Source: Candidatus Geocrenenecus huangii
GTDB taxonomy: Archaea > Thermoproteota > Nitrososphaeria_A > Caldarchaeales > Wolframiiraptoraceae
NCBI GenBank assembly: GCA_023254095.1
Contig: JALNLM010000021.1
Coordinates: 1-15,913 of the forward strand
DNA length: 15,913 nucleotides
Reading direction: 5' to 3'
A program made the position numbers and the translations under genes. Under the pieces are notes generated by a model. The model did no database searches. It saw nothing but the letters and a program-made list of their open reading frames with translations, and was not told where the DNA came from. Positions 5,252-13,909 of this stretch are shown in pieces. Numbering within the stretch: position 1 is the first letter of the stretch; each line of letters begins with the position of its first letter.

Positions 5252-8170
5252 TTGATTAGAGGCGGAATGGAGCCAGGTAGAGGAGAGTCAATAATAGAAC
5301 CATGTTTAGAGTATGAGAAGAAGTGGGCTGAAAAGTGGAGTGAAGCTAGAATATTTGAAGCAGACCCAGACCCATCGAAACCGAAGTTTTTCGTATGTGT
5401 TCCATACTCATATCAGAACGGCCCATTACATATTGGTCATGGATTCACCTTCACGAGAGGCGACGCATACGCACGATTCAAGAGAATGCAGGGATACAAT
5501 GTTTTATTCCCATGGGCTTGGCATTGGACTGGCGAAGCAGTTGCAGGAACAAGTGAGAGGCTAAAGCAAGGAGACCAACTCATTAGAAAAGTTCTAATAG
5601 AGATTGATGCTGTTCCTCCTGAAATAGTTGAAAAGTTCACAGACCCCGAATACATCAGCAGATATTACACTGATGAGAATAGAAAAGTTGTAAAAGCAAT
5701 CGGGTTCTCAGTAGATTTTAGAAGGGAATTCTACACCACAGACCTCCACCCATACTATGGTAGATTTATCACTTGGCAATACCTTACCTTGAAGAAGAAA
5801 GGATACGTTATAAAAGGTAAGCATCCAGTGGTATGGTGTCCGCATTGTAGTAGCGCTACTGGAGACCATGATAGATTAGTTGGGGAGGGGGTCTCCCCTG
5901 AAGAATATACCTTGGTATACTTCAAGGTAGGTGACCTGTATCTAGCCGCTGCAACTCTTAGACCAGAAACGATCTTCGGAGTAACGAACGTATGGATAAA
6001 CCCGAAAAGTCAATACGTTATCATGGAGGTCGATGGAAAGAGGCTCTTAGTATCTACAAAGGCTGCAGACAAGCTTTCTCAACAAAAGAAGAATAGTAGG
6101 ATTTTGTCAGAGGTCGACCCTACAAAATTTATCGGTAAAATGGTGGAGACCCCGCTTACAGGGGTGCTCGTACCGATTCTTCCAGCAGACTTTGTCGACC
6201 CCAACTTTGGTACGGGAGTAGTATACAGTGTACCTGGACATGCACCCTACGATTATGCAGGTCTAATCGCCCTAAAGAAGAGATTGAGGGAGAGAGATGA
6301 GTACGGTATACGTGAGATCGTTGAAGAGATTAAGCCTATCTCGATTATCCATGTGACAGATTATGGAGATTATCCGGCTGTAGAGATAGTCGGAAAGATG
6401 AAGATAATCGATGACACAGACCCAAGGCTTGAAGAAGCTACTAGAGAAATTTACTCGAAGGAATTCCATAATGGAGTATTGAAAAACAATTGTGGAGAAT
6501 TCTCGAACCAGAAAGTAAGCGAGGCTAGAGAGAATGTGAGAAAAGCGCTTATAAGCAAAGGCTTGGGAGATGTTATGTGGGAGCTCCCGGAGAGGGTTGT
6601 ATGTAGATGTGGAACTGAATGCCTAGTCAAGATAGTTGAAGACCAATGGTTTCTAAAATACTCTGATGTAGAGTGGAAGAATAAAGTGAAGAATCATATC
6701 GCTACAATGAAAATACATCCTGAAGAAGCTAGACAATGGTTCTTGAATGTTGTAGACTGGCTTAAAGACTGGGCATGCACAAGGAAGACAGGTTTAGGCA
6801 CGAAGCTGCCATGGAACTCGGAATGGATAGTTGAGACACTTAGTGACTCAACGATTTATCCTGCACTCTACACTATAAGCAAGTATCTGAATAGGGAGGA
6901 TGTCAAGCCTGACCATCTTACCCCCGAAGTATTAGATTACATCTACTTAGGGATAGGAGACCCTGTGAAGATTTCCTCTAAGAATAAGATAGATGCAAAA
7001 TTGTTGAAGATGATGAGAGAAGAATTTCTATACTGGTATCCAGTAGACATGAGAATTTCGGCGAAAGAGCTTGTCCCGAACCACCTAACATTCTACATAT
7101 TCCATCACGTTGCAATATTTGATGAAAAACTTTGGCCTAGGGGGATCTCTGTCAATGGTCTAATAACGATAGAAGGCGAGAAGATGAGTAAGAGTAAGGG
7201 GAAATTTATACCTCTTAAGACCTCGATATCGAAGTATGGAGCAGATACCACCCGGTGTACTCTTCTGCTAGCTGCAGAAGACATGGATGACCCAGACTGG
7301 AGAGAGAAAAACGCACAGGAAGTTAAGTTGATGATCGAGCAGTTCCTCAAAATAGTTAAAGAAGTTTCTGAAGCCTCTCTAGTGGAGGAGACCTCAGTCG
7401 ATAAATGGTTAATGTCTAGGCTACAGAGAAAGATTAAGAATATCACTGCTTACATGGAGTCTCTTAAGACTAGGAAAGCATGCCATGAAGCATTATATGG
7501 AATGTACTCGGATTGGAGATGGTATCTTAGAAGGACAAACAATGTGATAAGCAGGAATGCTAGAATCTTTATAGAAAATTGGGTTAAGCTTCTAGCGCCC
7601 TTCATACCGTTTACATGCGAAGAAGCTTGGAGAATACTTGGGAAAGACAGTTTCGTATCGATAGAGTCGTGGCCCGTTGTGTTAGGGGAGTTAATAAACC
7701 CTGAAGCAGAACTTTCGGAAGAACTCATTACCAAGCTTATGGATGATATTAGAAGCATAATAGAAGTCTTAGAGAAGAAGCCCACTAAGGTATTCATCTA
7801 TGTGGCCTCGCAAGATAAGCTCGAGCTCTTGGAGGAAACTCTGAACATAATCAGGGAAGGTGGACAGAAAAGCATGGGTATGCTCATACCGAAGATAATC
7901 AAGAAACTGCCAGCCAAGGAAAAACAGGCTCCCACGATAGCTAGAGTACTTTTAGATACTATCTCATCTCTGATCTCTAACTATAAGCATAGAACCATAA
8001 TGAACGTTGCGAAGATGGAAGAAGAAGTCTATAGAGATGCGGCCACCTTCCTTTCCAGAGAGCTATCAACCAATATCACGATCTACCGGGAGGGGTCGAT
8101 CGAGATATACGACCCATTAAAGAAGGCTGATATGGCTCTACCATTCCGACCAGGCATCTATGTCGAGTAG
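5252..8170 (+). CDS. leuS: Leucine--tRNA ligase (archaeal type)
   Basis: PYSYQNGPLHIGH (HIGH), KMSKS, CP1 editing motifs ATLRPETIFG and GTGVVYSVPGHAPYD, C-terminal ALPFRPGIYVE. Start is either TTG 5252 (GGAGG upstream) or ATG 5267 (CTTAAATA TATA-like at 5231-5238). Confidence 0.98.
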   Translation: MIRGGMEPGRGESIIEPCLEYEKKWAEKWSEARIFEADPDPSKPKFFVCVPYSYQNGPLHIGHGFTFTRGDAYARFKRMQGYNVLFPWAWHWTGEAVAGTSERLKQGDQLIRKVLIEIDAVPPEIVEKFTDPEYISRYYTDENRKVVKAIGFSVDFRREFYTTDLHPYYGRFITWQYLTLKKKGYVIKGKHPVVWCPHCSSATGDHDRLVGEGVSPEEYTLVYFKVGDLYLAAATLRPETIFGVTNVWINPKSQYVIMEVDGKRLLVSTKAADKLSQQKKNSRILSEVDPTKFIGKMVETPLTGVLVPILPADFVDPNFGTGVVYSVPGHAPYDYAGLIALKKRLRERDEYGIREIVEEIKPISIIHVTDYGDYPAVEIVGKMKIIDDTDPRLEEATREIYSKEFHNGVLKNNCGEFSNQKVSEARENVRKALISKGLGDVMWELPERVVCRCGTECLVKIVEDQWFLKYSDVEWKNKVKNHIATMKIHPEEARQWFLNVVDWLKDWACTRKTGLGTKLPWNSEWIVETLSDSTIYPALYTISKYLNREDVKPDHLTPEVLDYIYLGIGDPVKISSKNKIDAKLLKMMREEFLYWYPVDMRISAKELVPNHLTFYIFHHVAIFDEKLWPRGISVNGLITIEGEKMSKSKGKFIPLKTSISKYGADTTRCTLLLAAEDMDDPDWREKNAQEVKLMIEQFLKIVKEVSEASLVEETSVDKWLMSRLQRKIKNITAYMESLKTRKACHEALYGMYSDWRWYLRRTNNVISRNARIFIENWVKLLAPFIPFTCEEAWRILGKDSFVSIESWPVVLGELINPEAELSEELITKLMDDIRSIIEVLEKKPTKVFIYVASQDKLELLEETLNIIREGGQKSMGMLIPKIIKKLPAKEKQAPTIARVLLDTISSLISNYKHRTIMNVAKMEEEVYRDAATFLSRELSTNITIYREGSIEIYDPLKKADMALPFRPGIYVE

Positions 8171-8171
8171 A

Positions 8172-8831
8172 ATGCACAGTCGTTTAGAAATACTAAGAGA
8201 AGCCGCAGTAGATATCAGATACCTTCTAGAGAGAGGATACCGTAAAGAGTCCGTATTGAGATTTGTTGGAGATAAATATCAGCTCGATAAGGATGAACGT
8301 CTAATCTTGTACCGATCTATCCATTCAAGAAGTGAAGTAGAATGTATTAGGAAGAAGATGCTCGAGCCGTCAAGGATCGCTAATGAAGAAGCCTGGGTTG
8401 ATGGATTCAACGTTTTGAATACTGTTGAAGCAGCCTTAAAGATGGATCTCCTAGTAATCTGTGATGATGGAGTAGTCAGAGACTTCTCTCAAGTATATGG
8501 AAAATATAGACTCAGCCCACTGACATCATATTCTCTCAAACTCGTATTAGAAGAGTTGAAGATTCTGAACGCATCGTATGTTAGAGTATTGTATGATTCT
8601 CAGATAAGTAGGAGTGGGGAGGCAGCTGAGATGACTAGGGAGATTATATTTAGCCTCGGCTTAAGAGGAGATGCTGAAACAGTTAAGACTGTGGACTCAC
8701 TACTCTCCAAGACAGATGCCATAGTATGCACTAGTGACTCAATAATACTTTCAGCATGCAAGCGCTTCTTCGACCTAGCAGGCTACATAATAACCAATAA
8801 ATTGAAAAATGTAAAATTATGTGCTCTGTAG
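8172..8831 (+). CDS. DUF434 family protein with PIN/NYN-like C-terminal domain
   Basis: EAAVDIRYLLERGY...FVGDKYQL resembles DUF434; WVDGFNV, DGVVRD, LYDSQISRSGE, VD and TSDS give a PIN-like acidic pattern. Start is ATG 8172 or 8160. Confidence 0.8.
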   Translation: MHSRLEILREAAVDIRYLLERGYRKESVLRFVGDKYQLDKDERLILYRSIHSRSEVECIRKKMLEPSRIANEEAWVDGFNVLNTVEAALKMDLLVICDDGVVRDFSQVYGKYRLSPLTSYSLKLVLEELKILNASYVRVLYDSQISRSGEAAEMTREIIFSLGLRGDAETVKTVDSLLSKTDAIVCTSDSIILSACKRFFDLAGYIITNKLKNVKLCAL

Positions 8832-9034
8832 ACTATGGCCAAAAATTATAGTGCAGGATCAAAGAGGTAACGTATTCACAAATTAAGTCTACCTTTAAAG
8901 TAATAGATATTAAGTTGCTATACGCAGTGTAGAGACGGGCGATTAGTGGCTCGAGGCAAGAGGTATAGAAGTCTTCAATTCTCCTTCTCTCAAAAACCCA
9001 GTCATCGACTCCCCTCCACGGAGAGGTTAACAAA

Positions 9035-10702
9035 ATGGTGAAGTACGTCTTCGTAACGGGCGGGGTCCTAAGCGGGATCGGAAAAGGTGTTGTAACTGCC
9101 TCCATAGGAAAGATATTCCAGTTCAGAGGATTGACCGTCGATGCAATGAAGATAGATCCATACCTTAACGTTGATCCAGGAACGCTGAATCCCATCGAGC
9201 ATGGAGAAGTCTTTGTATGCGAAGAAGTTTGGAGGTTCCAGCCAGTTCCGGGTCAGACATTTATTATCGCTGAAGTAGACCAGGACTTCGGAACGTATGA
9301 GAGATTTCTAGACGTAGATATGCATCCCCAGAACAATATTACATCTGGTCAGATATATCTATCGGTGGTCTTGAAGGAGAGGTTCGGAGAATATCTCGGG
9401 AAAACGGTTCAAGTCATACCGCATGTGACGAGCGAGATTAAGAAGAGGATTATTGAAGCTTCACATAGAAGAAACCCAGACGTATTCGTCGTCGAGGTGG
9501 GGGGAACAGTAGGCGATATCGAGACAATGCCGTATCTCGAAGCTATAAGGCAGTTAAGATTAGAGCTTGGAAGAAGCTGGACAGTCCTGGTTCATGTAAC
9601 CCTAATACCATACCTTGGAACAGTTGGACAGCATAAAACCAAGCCTACCCAGCACAGCGTAAAGAATCTGCAAAGCATGGGTCTGCAACCAGACATAATC
9701 ATCGGCAGAAGCAATAAACCCCTACCCGAGGATGTTAAAGAAAAGATAAGCCTATTCTGTAACGTTCCAAGTAGGGCCGTTATCTCAGACCCAGACCTCG
9801 AAACAATCTACGACCTCCCACTAATATTTGAGGAACAGGGATTGGGAGAGCTATTGTGTCAACTCCTTGAAATCAAGGCAAATTCTATAAATGAGAAGAT
9901 AGAAGAATGGAGAACTCTTGTTGAACGATTCAAGAATCATAGAGAGCTCGTAAATATAGCGATGATTGGGAAATACTGTAAGATAATAGATAGTTACATA
10001 AGTATAAATGAGGCGCTTAGACATGCCGGAGCATATCTTGGCACTAAGATTAGGTTAAGCTTTATAGAATCTGAAGAATTCGAAGAAGACCCTATGAGGC
10101 TCTCCGTGCTAGACAATTATGATGGAATACTCCTCACACCGGGATTCGGAGTTAGAGGAGTAGAAGGAATGATAATGTCCGCACAATACGCTATGAGAAA
10201 GAAGATCCCACTCCTAGGGATATGCTTCGGCGCACAATTACTATTCATCGCTTTTATTAGAGAATTCATCGGATTAAGAGATGCTAATAGTAGTGAAGTG
10301 AAGCCAGATGCGGCTCACCTGGTAGTAGACTTAATGGAAGAACAAAAAAATATTCAGGCGATCGGTGGCACGATGAAGCTTTCATCTAAGAGAATGAGGG
10401 TTATCAGAGGCACTAAACTCTACAAAGCATACGGATCAACCGAGATAGTTGAAAGATTCAGGCATAGATACCAGATAGTTCCAGCTTATGCGAAAATGGC
10501 TGAAGCGAAAGGTCTCATAATCTCAGCATACGGTGAAGAAGATAACTCGATATGCGGGATAGAATTAGAAGATTCATGGATAGTAGGAGTCCAATTCCAT
10601 CCAGAATTTAAGAGTAGACCGAACAAGCCATCCCCAGTCTATCTAGAATACATAAGAAACATCTTAGGAAACAAGAAGAAGAAAGCAGAGAACAGGATAT
10701 AA
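9035..10702 (+). CDS. pyrG: CTP synthase (glutamine-hydrolysing), divergent
   Basis: FVTGGVLSGIGKG, KIDPYLNVDPGT, YLGKTVQVIPH, EVGGTVGDIE, KTKPTQHSV; GATase triad GICFG ... QFHPE. GAGG RBS at 9023-9026. Confidence 0.97.
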   Translation: MVKYVFVTGGVLSGIGKGVVTASIGKIFQFRGLTVDAMKIDPYLNVDPGTLNPIEHGEVFVCEEVWRFQPVPGQTFIIAEVDQDFGTYERFLDVDMHPQNNITSGQIYLSVVLKERFGEYLGKTVQVIPHVTSEIKKRIIEASHRRNPDVFVVEVGGTVGDIETMPYLEAIRQLRLELGRSWTVLVHVTLIPYLGTVGQHKTKPTQHSVKNLQSMGLQPDIIIGRSNKPLPEDVKEKISLFCNVPSRAVISDPDLETIYDLPLIFEEQGLGELLCQLLEIKANSINEKIEEWRTLVERFKNHRELVNIAMIGKYCKIIDSYISINEALRHAGAYLGTKIRLSFIESEEFEEDPMRLSVLDNYDGILLTPGFGVRGVEGMIMSAQYAMRKKIPLLGICFGAQLLFIAFIREFIGLRDANSSEVKPDAAHLVVDLMEEQKNIQAIGGTMKLSSKRMRVIRGTKLYKAYGSTEIVERFRHRYQIVPAYAKMAEAKGLIISAYGEEDNSICGIELEDSWIVGVQFHPEFKSRPNKPSPVYLEYIRNILGNKKKKAENRI

Positions 10703-10733
10703 TGCATATCAGAGAGATTAACTATTCTCGGAT

Positions 10734-10825
10734 GGGCCCGTGGCCTAGAATGGATATGGCGCCGGCCTCCGGAACGACATCTTGAAGAAAGCCGGAGAAC
10801 GGGGGTTCAAGTCCCCCCGGGCCCG
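10734..10825 (+). tRNA. tRNA-Arg(CCG) with a 17-nt intron at the canonical 37/38 position; CCA not encoded
   Basis: Acceptor GGGCCCG/CGGGCCC, discriminator G10825, D arm GCCT...TGGC, anticodon stem CCGGC (10762-66) / GCCGG (10791-95), anticodon CCG (10769-71), T arm GGGGG-TTCAAGT-CCCCC. Confidence 0.95.
10773..10789 (+). other. tRNA intron (relaxed bulge-helix-bulge/loop)
   Basis: Removing AACGACATCTTGAAGAA restores the 7-nt loop CTCCGGA. Central helix is CUCC/GAAG with 3-nt bulges GGA and AAA. Confidence 0.85.
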
Positions 10826-10967
10826 TATATCTGAAACTTGAGATCACCCTTCAGGGCTGGATAGATAAGATCCTGTTGTGACATGAAAAGAAAGTATAGG
10901 TATTTCGTTCAAAAACGATGATTTTTGAGATAGTGTAGCGACCTCGTTTATGAGGAGTTTAGGTTCA

Positions 10968-10983
10968 GGACTAAAAGTTATAT
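10968..10983 (+). promoter_or_regulatory. hsp20 promoter (BRE + TATA)
   Basis: GGACTAAAAG-TTATAT about 35 nt upstream of ATG 11019. Confidence 0.65.
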
Positions 10984-11018
10984 CTTGGTCTAACAAAGAA
11001 TGAATTGGGTAAGAGTTT

Positions 11019-11603
11019 ATGTCCTGGGAGAGATGGTGGAGGAGAAGGTCGCCTTTTGGTAGGATCTTCGAGGAAATGGAAGAAATGATGAGGGAACTAG
11101 ATGAGATGTTTTCTAAATCCTTTGAAGAATTTGAGAGAGGACTTCCAAGAGATCTTATACGTGAGAAGAAGTTAAAAGATGGAAGTACTGTTCGAGAGTA
11201 TGGTCCAATAATCTATGGATACTCGATAAAGATAGGTCCGGATGGTAAGCCAGAAATAAGAGAGTTCGGAAACATTAAACCTACAAGGCATAAACCCGAA
11301 ATAGTTGAATTGACGGAAGCGAGGGAACCTTTAGTAGACGTGTTCGAGGAAAATGATGTAGTGAAAGTAGTCGCGGAAGTTCCAGGAGTAGAAAAGGAAG
11401 ACATAAACCTAAATGCTACTGAAGATATGTTGACGATCTCTGTAAAGACATCTCAAAGGAAGTACTACAAAGAAGTAGAACTGCCGGCCCATGTCGATCC
11501 GAATAGTGCCAAAGCATCGTATAAGAACGGCGTACTAGAAGTAACACTGAAGAAGAAGGAAGGAGCAAAAGAAGAAAAAGGAGTAAAAATCAAAGTAGAT
11601 TAG
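11019..11603 (+). CDS. hsp20: Small heat-shock protein, archaeal Hsp20
   Basis: GPIIYGYSIKIGPDGKPEIREFGN, REPLVDVFE, VAEVPGVEKEDI, AKASYKNGVLEV and C-terminal IKVD (IxI/V). Confidence 0.97.
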   Translation: MSWERWWRRRSPFGRIFEEMEEMMRELDEMFSKSFEEFERGLPRDLIREKKLKDGSTVREYGPIIYGYSIKIGPDGKPEIREFGNIKPTRHKPEIVELTEAREPLVDVFEENDVVKVVAEVPGVEKEDINLNATEDMLTISVKTSQRKYYKEVELPAHVDPNSAKASYKNGVLEVTLKKKEGAKEEKGVKIKVD

Positions 11604-11626
11604 ATCTCAACTTCTCCATTAGTGTT

Positions 11627-11648
11627 AGTCGAGAAGGATCTCTCGACT
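11627..11648. terminator. Hairpin / inverted repeat downstream of hsp20, possible terminator or stability element
   Basis: AGTCGAGA-AGGATC-TCTCGACT, an 8-bp stem followed by TATTATT. Confidence 0.35.
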
Positions 11649-11662
11649 TATTATTAGATCTG

Positions 11663-11698
11663 CAAGTTCATAGGTAGAACTTGGGACTAAAGTTTAAA
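11663..11698 (+). promoter_or_regulatory. cdc48 promoter with an upstream palindrome
   Basis: CAAGTTC-N7-GAACTTG (11663-11683) directly abuts GGACTAAAG-TTTAAA; TATA lies about 27-32 nt before ATG 11725. Confidence 0.65.
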
Positions 11699-11724
11699 GA
11701 AACCTGTTCAGTAATCTTAGTGTG

Positions 11725-13908
11725 ATGAATGAAGTATATCTAAAGGTTGCTGAAGCTGCGGGTAGAGATGTTGGAAGGGGTATTGCTAGAATAGACCCTG
11801 ATGTAGCATCTAAGCTTGGAATCCATAGTGGGGATGTGGTAGAGATAACTGGTAAGAGAAGTACTTACGCGATATACTGGCCTGCTTACCCTCAGGATAG
11901 GGGAAGAGATATTATTAGGCTGGATTCTCAAACAAGATTTAACGCTGGAGTAGGAATCGATGATAGGGTCAAGATCAGGAAAGCTGAAGCTAAACCTGCT
12001 AAATCGATCATGTTAAGCCCTGATGAACCATTATTCTTAATGGGGGTCGAACATTATCTTACAAAAGAATTATTCAACAGGGTTGTAGCACAAGGAGACA
12101 CGATATTCCTGAACATACTTGGTAGAAAGATAGGATTAAGGATTGTGACGACAAGTCCAGCTGGACCCGTAATCGTTGGAGAAGAAACATCTATAGAGGT
12201 AACTGAAGAGCCTGTGAAGATAGCTCCCCCATCAATACCGAGAGTAACATACGAAGATATCGGAGACTTGAAAGAAGCGATCCAGAAGATTAGAGAGATG
12301 GTTGAACTACCGTTGAAGTATCCTGAATTGTTTGAGAGGCTAGGTATAGAAGCACCTAAAGGTGTTCTACTGTATGGTCCGCCTGGAACAGGCAAAACGC
12401 TGTTAGCAAAAGCCGTGGCAAACGAGGTTAACGCAAACTTCTACGCGATAAACGGTCCAGAGATTATGAGTAAATTCTATGGTGAAAGTGAAGAAAGACT
12501 TAGAGAGATATTTAGGCAAGCACAAGAGAATGCTCCAAGCATAATCTTCATAGATGAAATTGATGCGATAGCTCCGAGAAGAGAAGAAGTAACAGGAGAA
12601 GTAGAAAAGAGAGTTGTGGCCCAACTGCTAACACTTATGGATGGATTGCAGGCTCGTGGAAAGGTGGTGGTGATAGGGGCTACGAATAGACCTAACGCTG
12701 TGGATCCAGCTCTCAGGAGACCGGGAAGATTCGATAGAGAGATAGAAATAGGTATACCGAATACCGAGGCTAGATACGAGATCCTCCAAGTTCACGTGAG
12801 AGGAGTGCCCTTAGCAGATGATGTAGACTTGAAGAAGATAGCAGAAATAACTCATGGGTTTGTTGGAGCAGACCTCGCAGCGCTAGTCAAGGAAGCCGCT
12901 ATGAGGGCTTTGAGAAGAATACTTCCGAAGATTGATCTATCCTCAAGTAGGATACCTGCTGAAGTTTTAAATGAATTGAAAGTTACGATGAGAGACTTCA
13001 TAGATGCTTTAGGAGATATTCAGCCGAGCGTTATGAGGGAGGTCGCCGTAGAGGTTCCGGAAGTAAGATGGGAAGATGTCGGAGACCTTGAAGAAGTAAA
13101 ACAAGAATTGAAGGAAGCAGTCATATGGCCTCTTAAATACAAAGATATACTTAGACACGTGGATGCTAAACCTCCTAAAGGTATCCTTCTCTACGGTCCA
13201 CCAGGAACGGGGAAGACCCTCCTCGCTAAAGCTGTGGCCACAGAATCTGAAGCAAACTTCATAAGTATTAAGGGTCCGGAGATACTAAGTAAATGGGTTG
13301 GAGAATCGGAGAAAGCCGTAAGAGAAATATTTAGGAAAGCTAAGCAAGCTGCCCCATGCGTTGTTTTCTTCGACGAATTTGATGCTATAGCTCCAACACG
13401 TGGAAGCGGGCTAGGAGATGCGAGAGTAACCGAGAGGATTATCAGTCAACTCTTAACAGAGATGGATGGATTAGAAGAACTTAGAGATGTAGTGGTGATA
13501 GCTGCTACGAACCGTCCAGATATTATAGACCCCGCCCTCCTAAGACCCGGGAGATTCGACAAGCTAATCTACGTACCTCCTCCAGACAAGAATGCTAGGA
13601 AAGAAATCTTCAAGATACATTTAAGGAATACGCCTCTAGATGGGGATGTGGACTTGGATTATCTGGCAGAGAAAACTGAAGGATACACGGGTGCAGATAT
13701 TGCTGGAGTATGTAGTACGGCTAAGATGCTTGCAGTTAGAGAACACTTGGAGAAATATAAGGATCATGATGAGGCAAAGAAGCATGTAAATGAATTGAAG
13801 GTCGGCTTGAGACATCTTCAAGATGCTTTAAACAAGGTTAAGCCGCTCTCCAAGAAAGAAATGGAGGCCTACCGGGAAGCCATTGAGAGATTTAGGATGC
13901 TGGGTTAA
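11725..13908 (+). CDS. cdc48: CDC48/VCP (VAT) AAA+ ATPase
   Basis: N domain [11 protein letters not shown]; two AAA modules with [16 protein letters not shown], pore loops KFYG/KWVG and SRH RPGRFD. Start is GTG 11722 or ATG 11725. Confidence 0.98.
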   Translation: MNEVYLKVAEAAGRDVGRGIARIDPDVASKLGIHSGDVVEITGKRSTYAIYWPAYPQDRGRDIIRLDSQTRFNAGVGIDDRVKIRKAEAKPAKSIMLSPDEPLFLMGVEHYLTKELFNRVVAQGDTIFLNILGRKIGLRIVTTSPAGPVIVGEETSIEVTEEPVKIAPPSIPRVTYEDIGDLKEAIQKIREMVELPLKYPELFERLGIEAPKGVLLYGPPGTGKTLLAKAVANEVNANFYAINGPEIMSKFYGESEERLREIFRQAQENAPSIIFIDEIDAIAPRREEVTGEVEKRVVAQLLTLMDGLQARGKVVVIGATNRPNAVDPALRRPGRFDREIEIGIPNTEARYEILQVHVRGVPLADDVDLKKIAEITHGFVGADLAALVKEAAMRALRRILPKIDLSSSRIPAEVLNELKVTMRDFIDALGDIQPSVMREVAVEVPEVRWEDVGDLEEVKQELKEAVIWPLKYKDILRHVDAKPPKGILLYGPPGTGKTLLAKAVATESEANFISIKGPEILSKWVGESEKAVREIFRKAKQAAPCVVFFDEFDAIAPTRGSGLGDARVTERIISQLLTEMDGLEELRDVVVIAATNRPDIIDPALLRPGRFDKLIYVPPPDKNARKEIFKIHLRNTPLDGDVDLDYLAEKTEGYTGADIAGVCSTAKMLAVREHLEKYKDHDEAKKHVNELKVGLRHLQDALNKVKPLSKKEMEAYREAIERFRMLG

Positions 13909-13909
13909 G

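Noticed and set aside
8835-8870. Mini-ORF MAKNYSAGSKR after DUF434
   Set aside because: Only 11 codons with no SD; expected by chance.
8833-9195. 120-aa minus-strand ORF
   Set aside because: Nearly half is antisense to the conserved pyrG N-terminus; no family motif or SD.
9227-9268. pyrG insertion as a BHB mRNA intron or intein
   Set aside because: In frame with no stop, no BHB pairing visible at the edges, and far too short for an intein with no splice-junction motifs.
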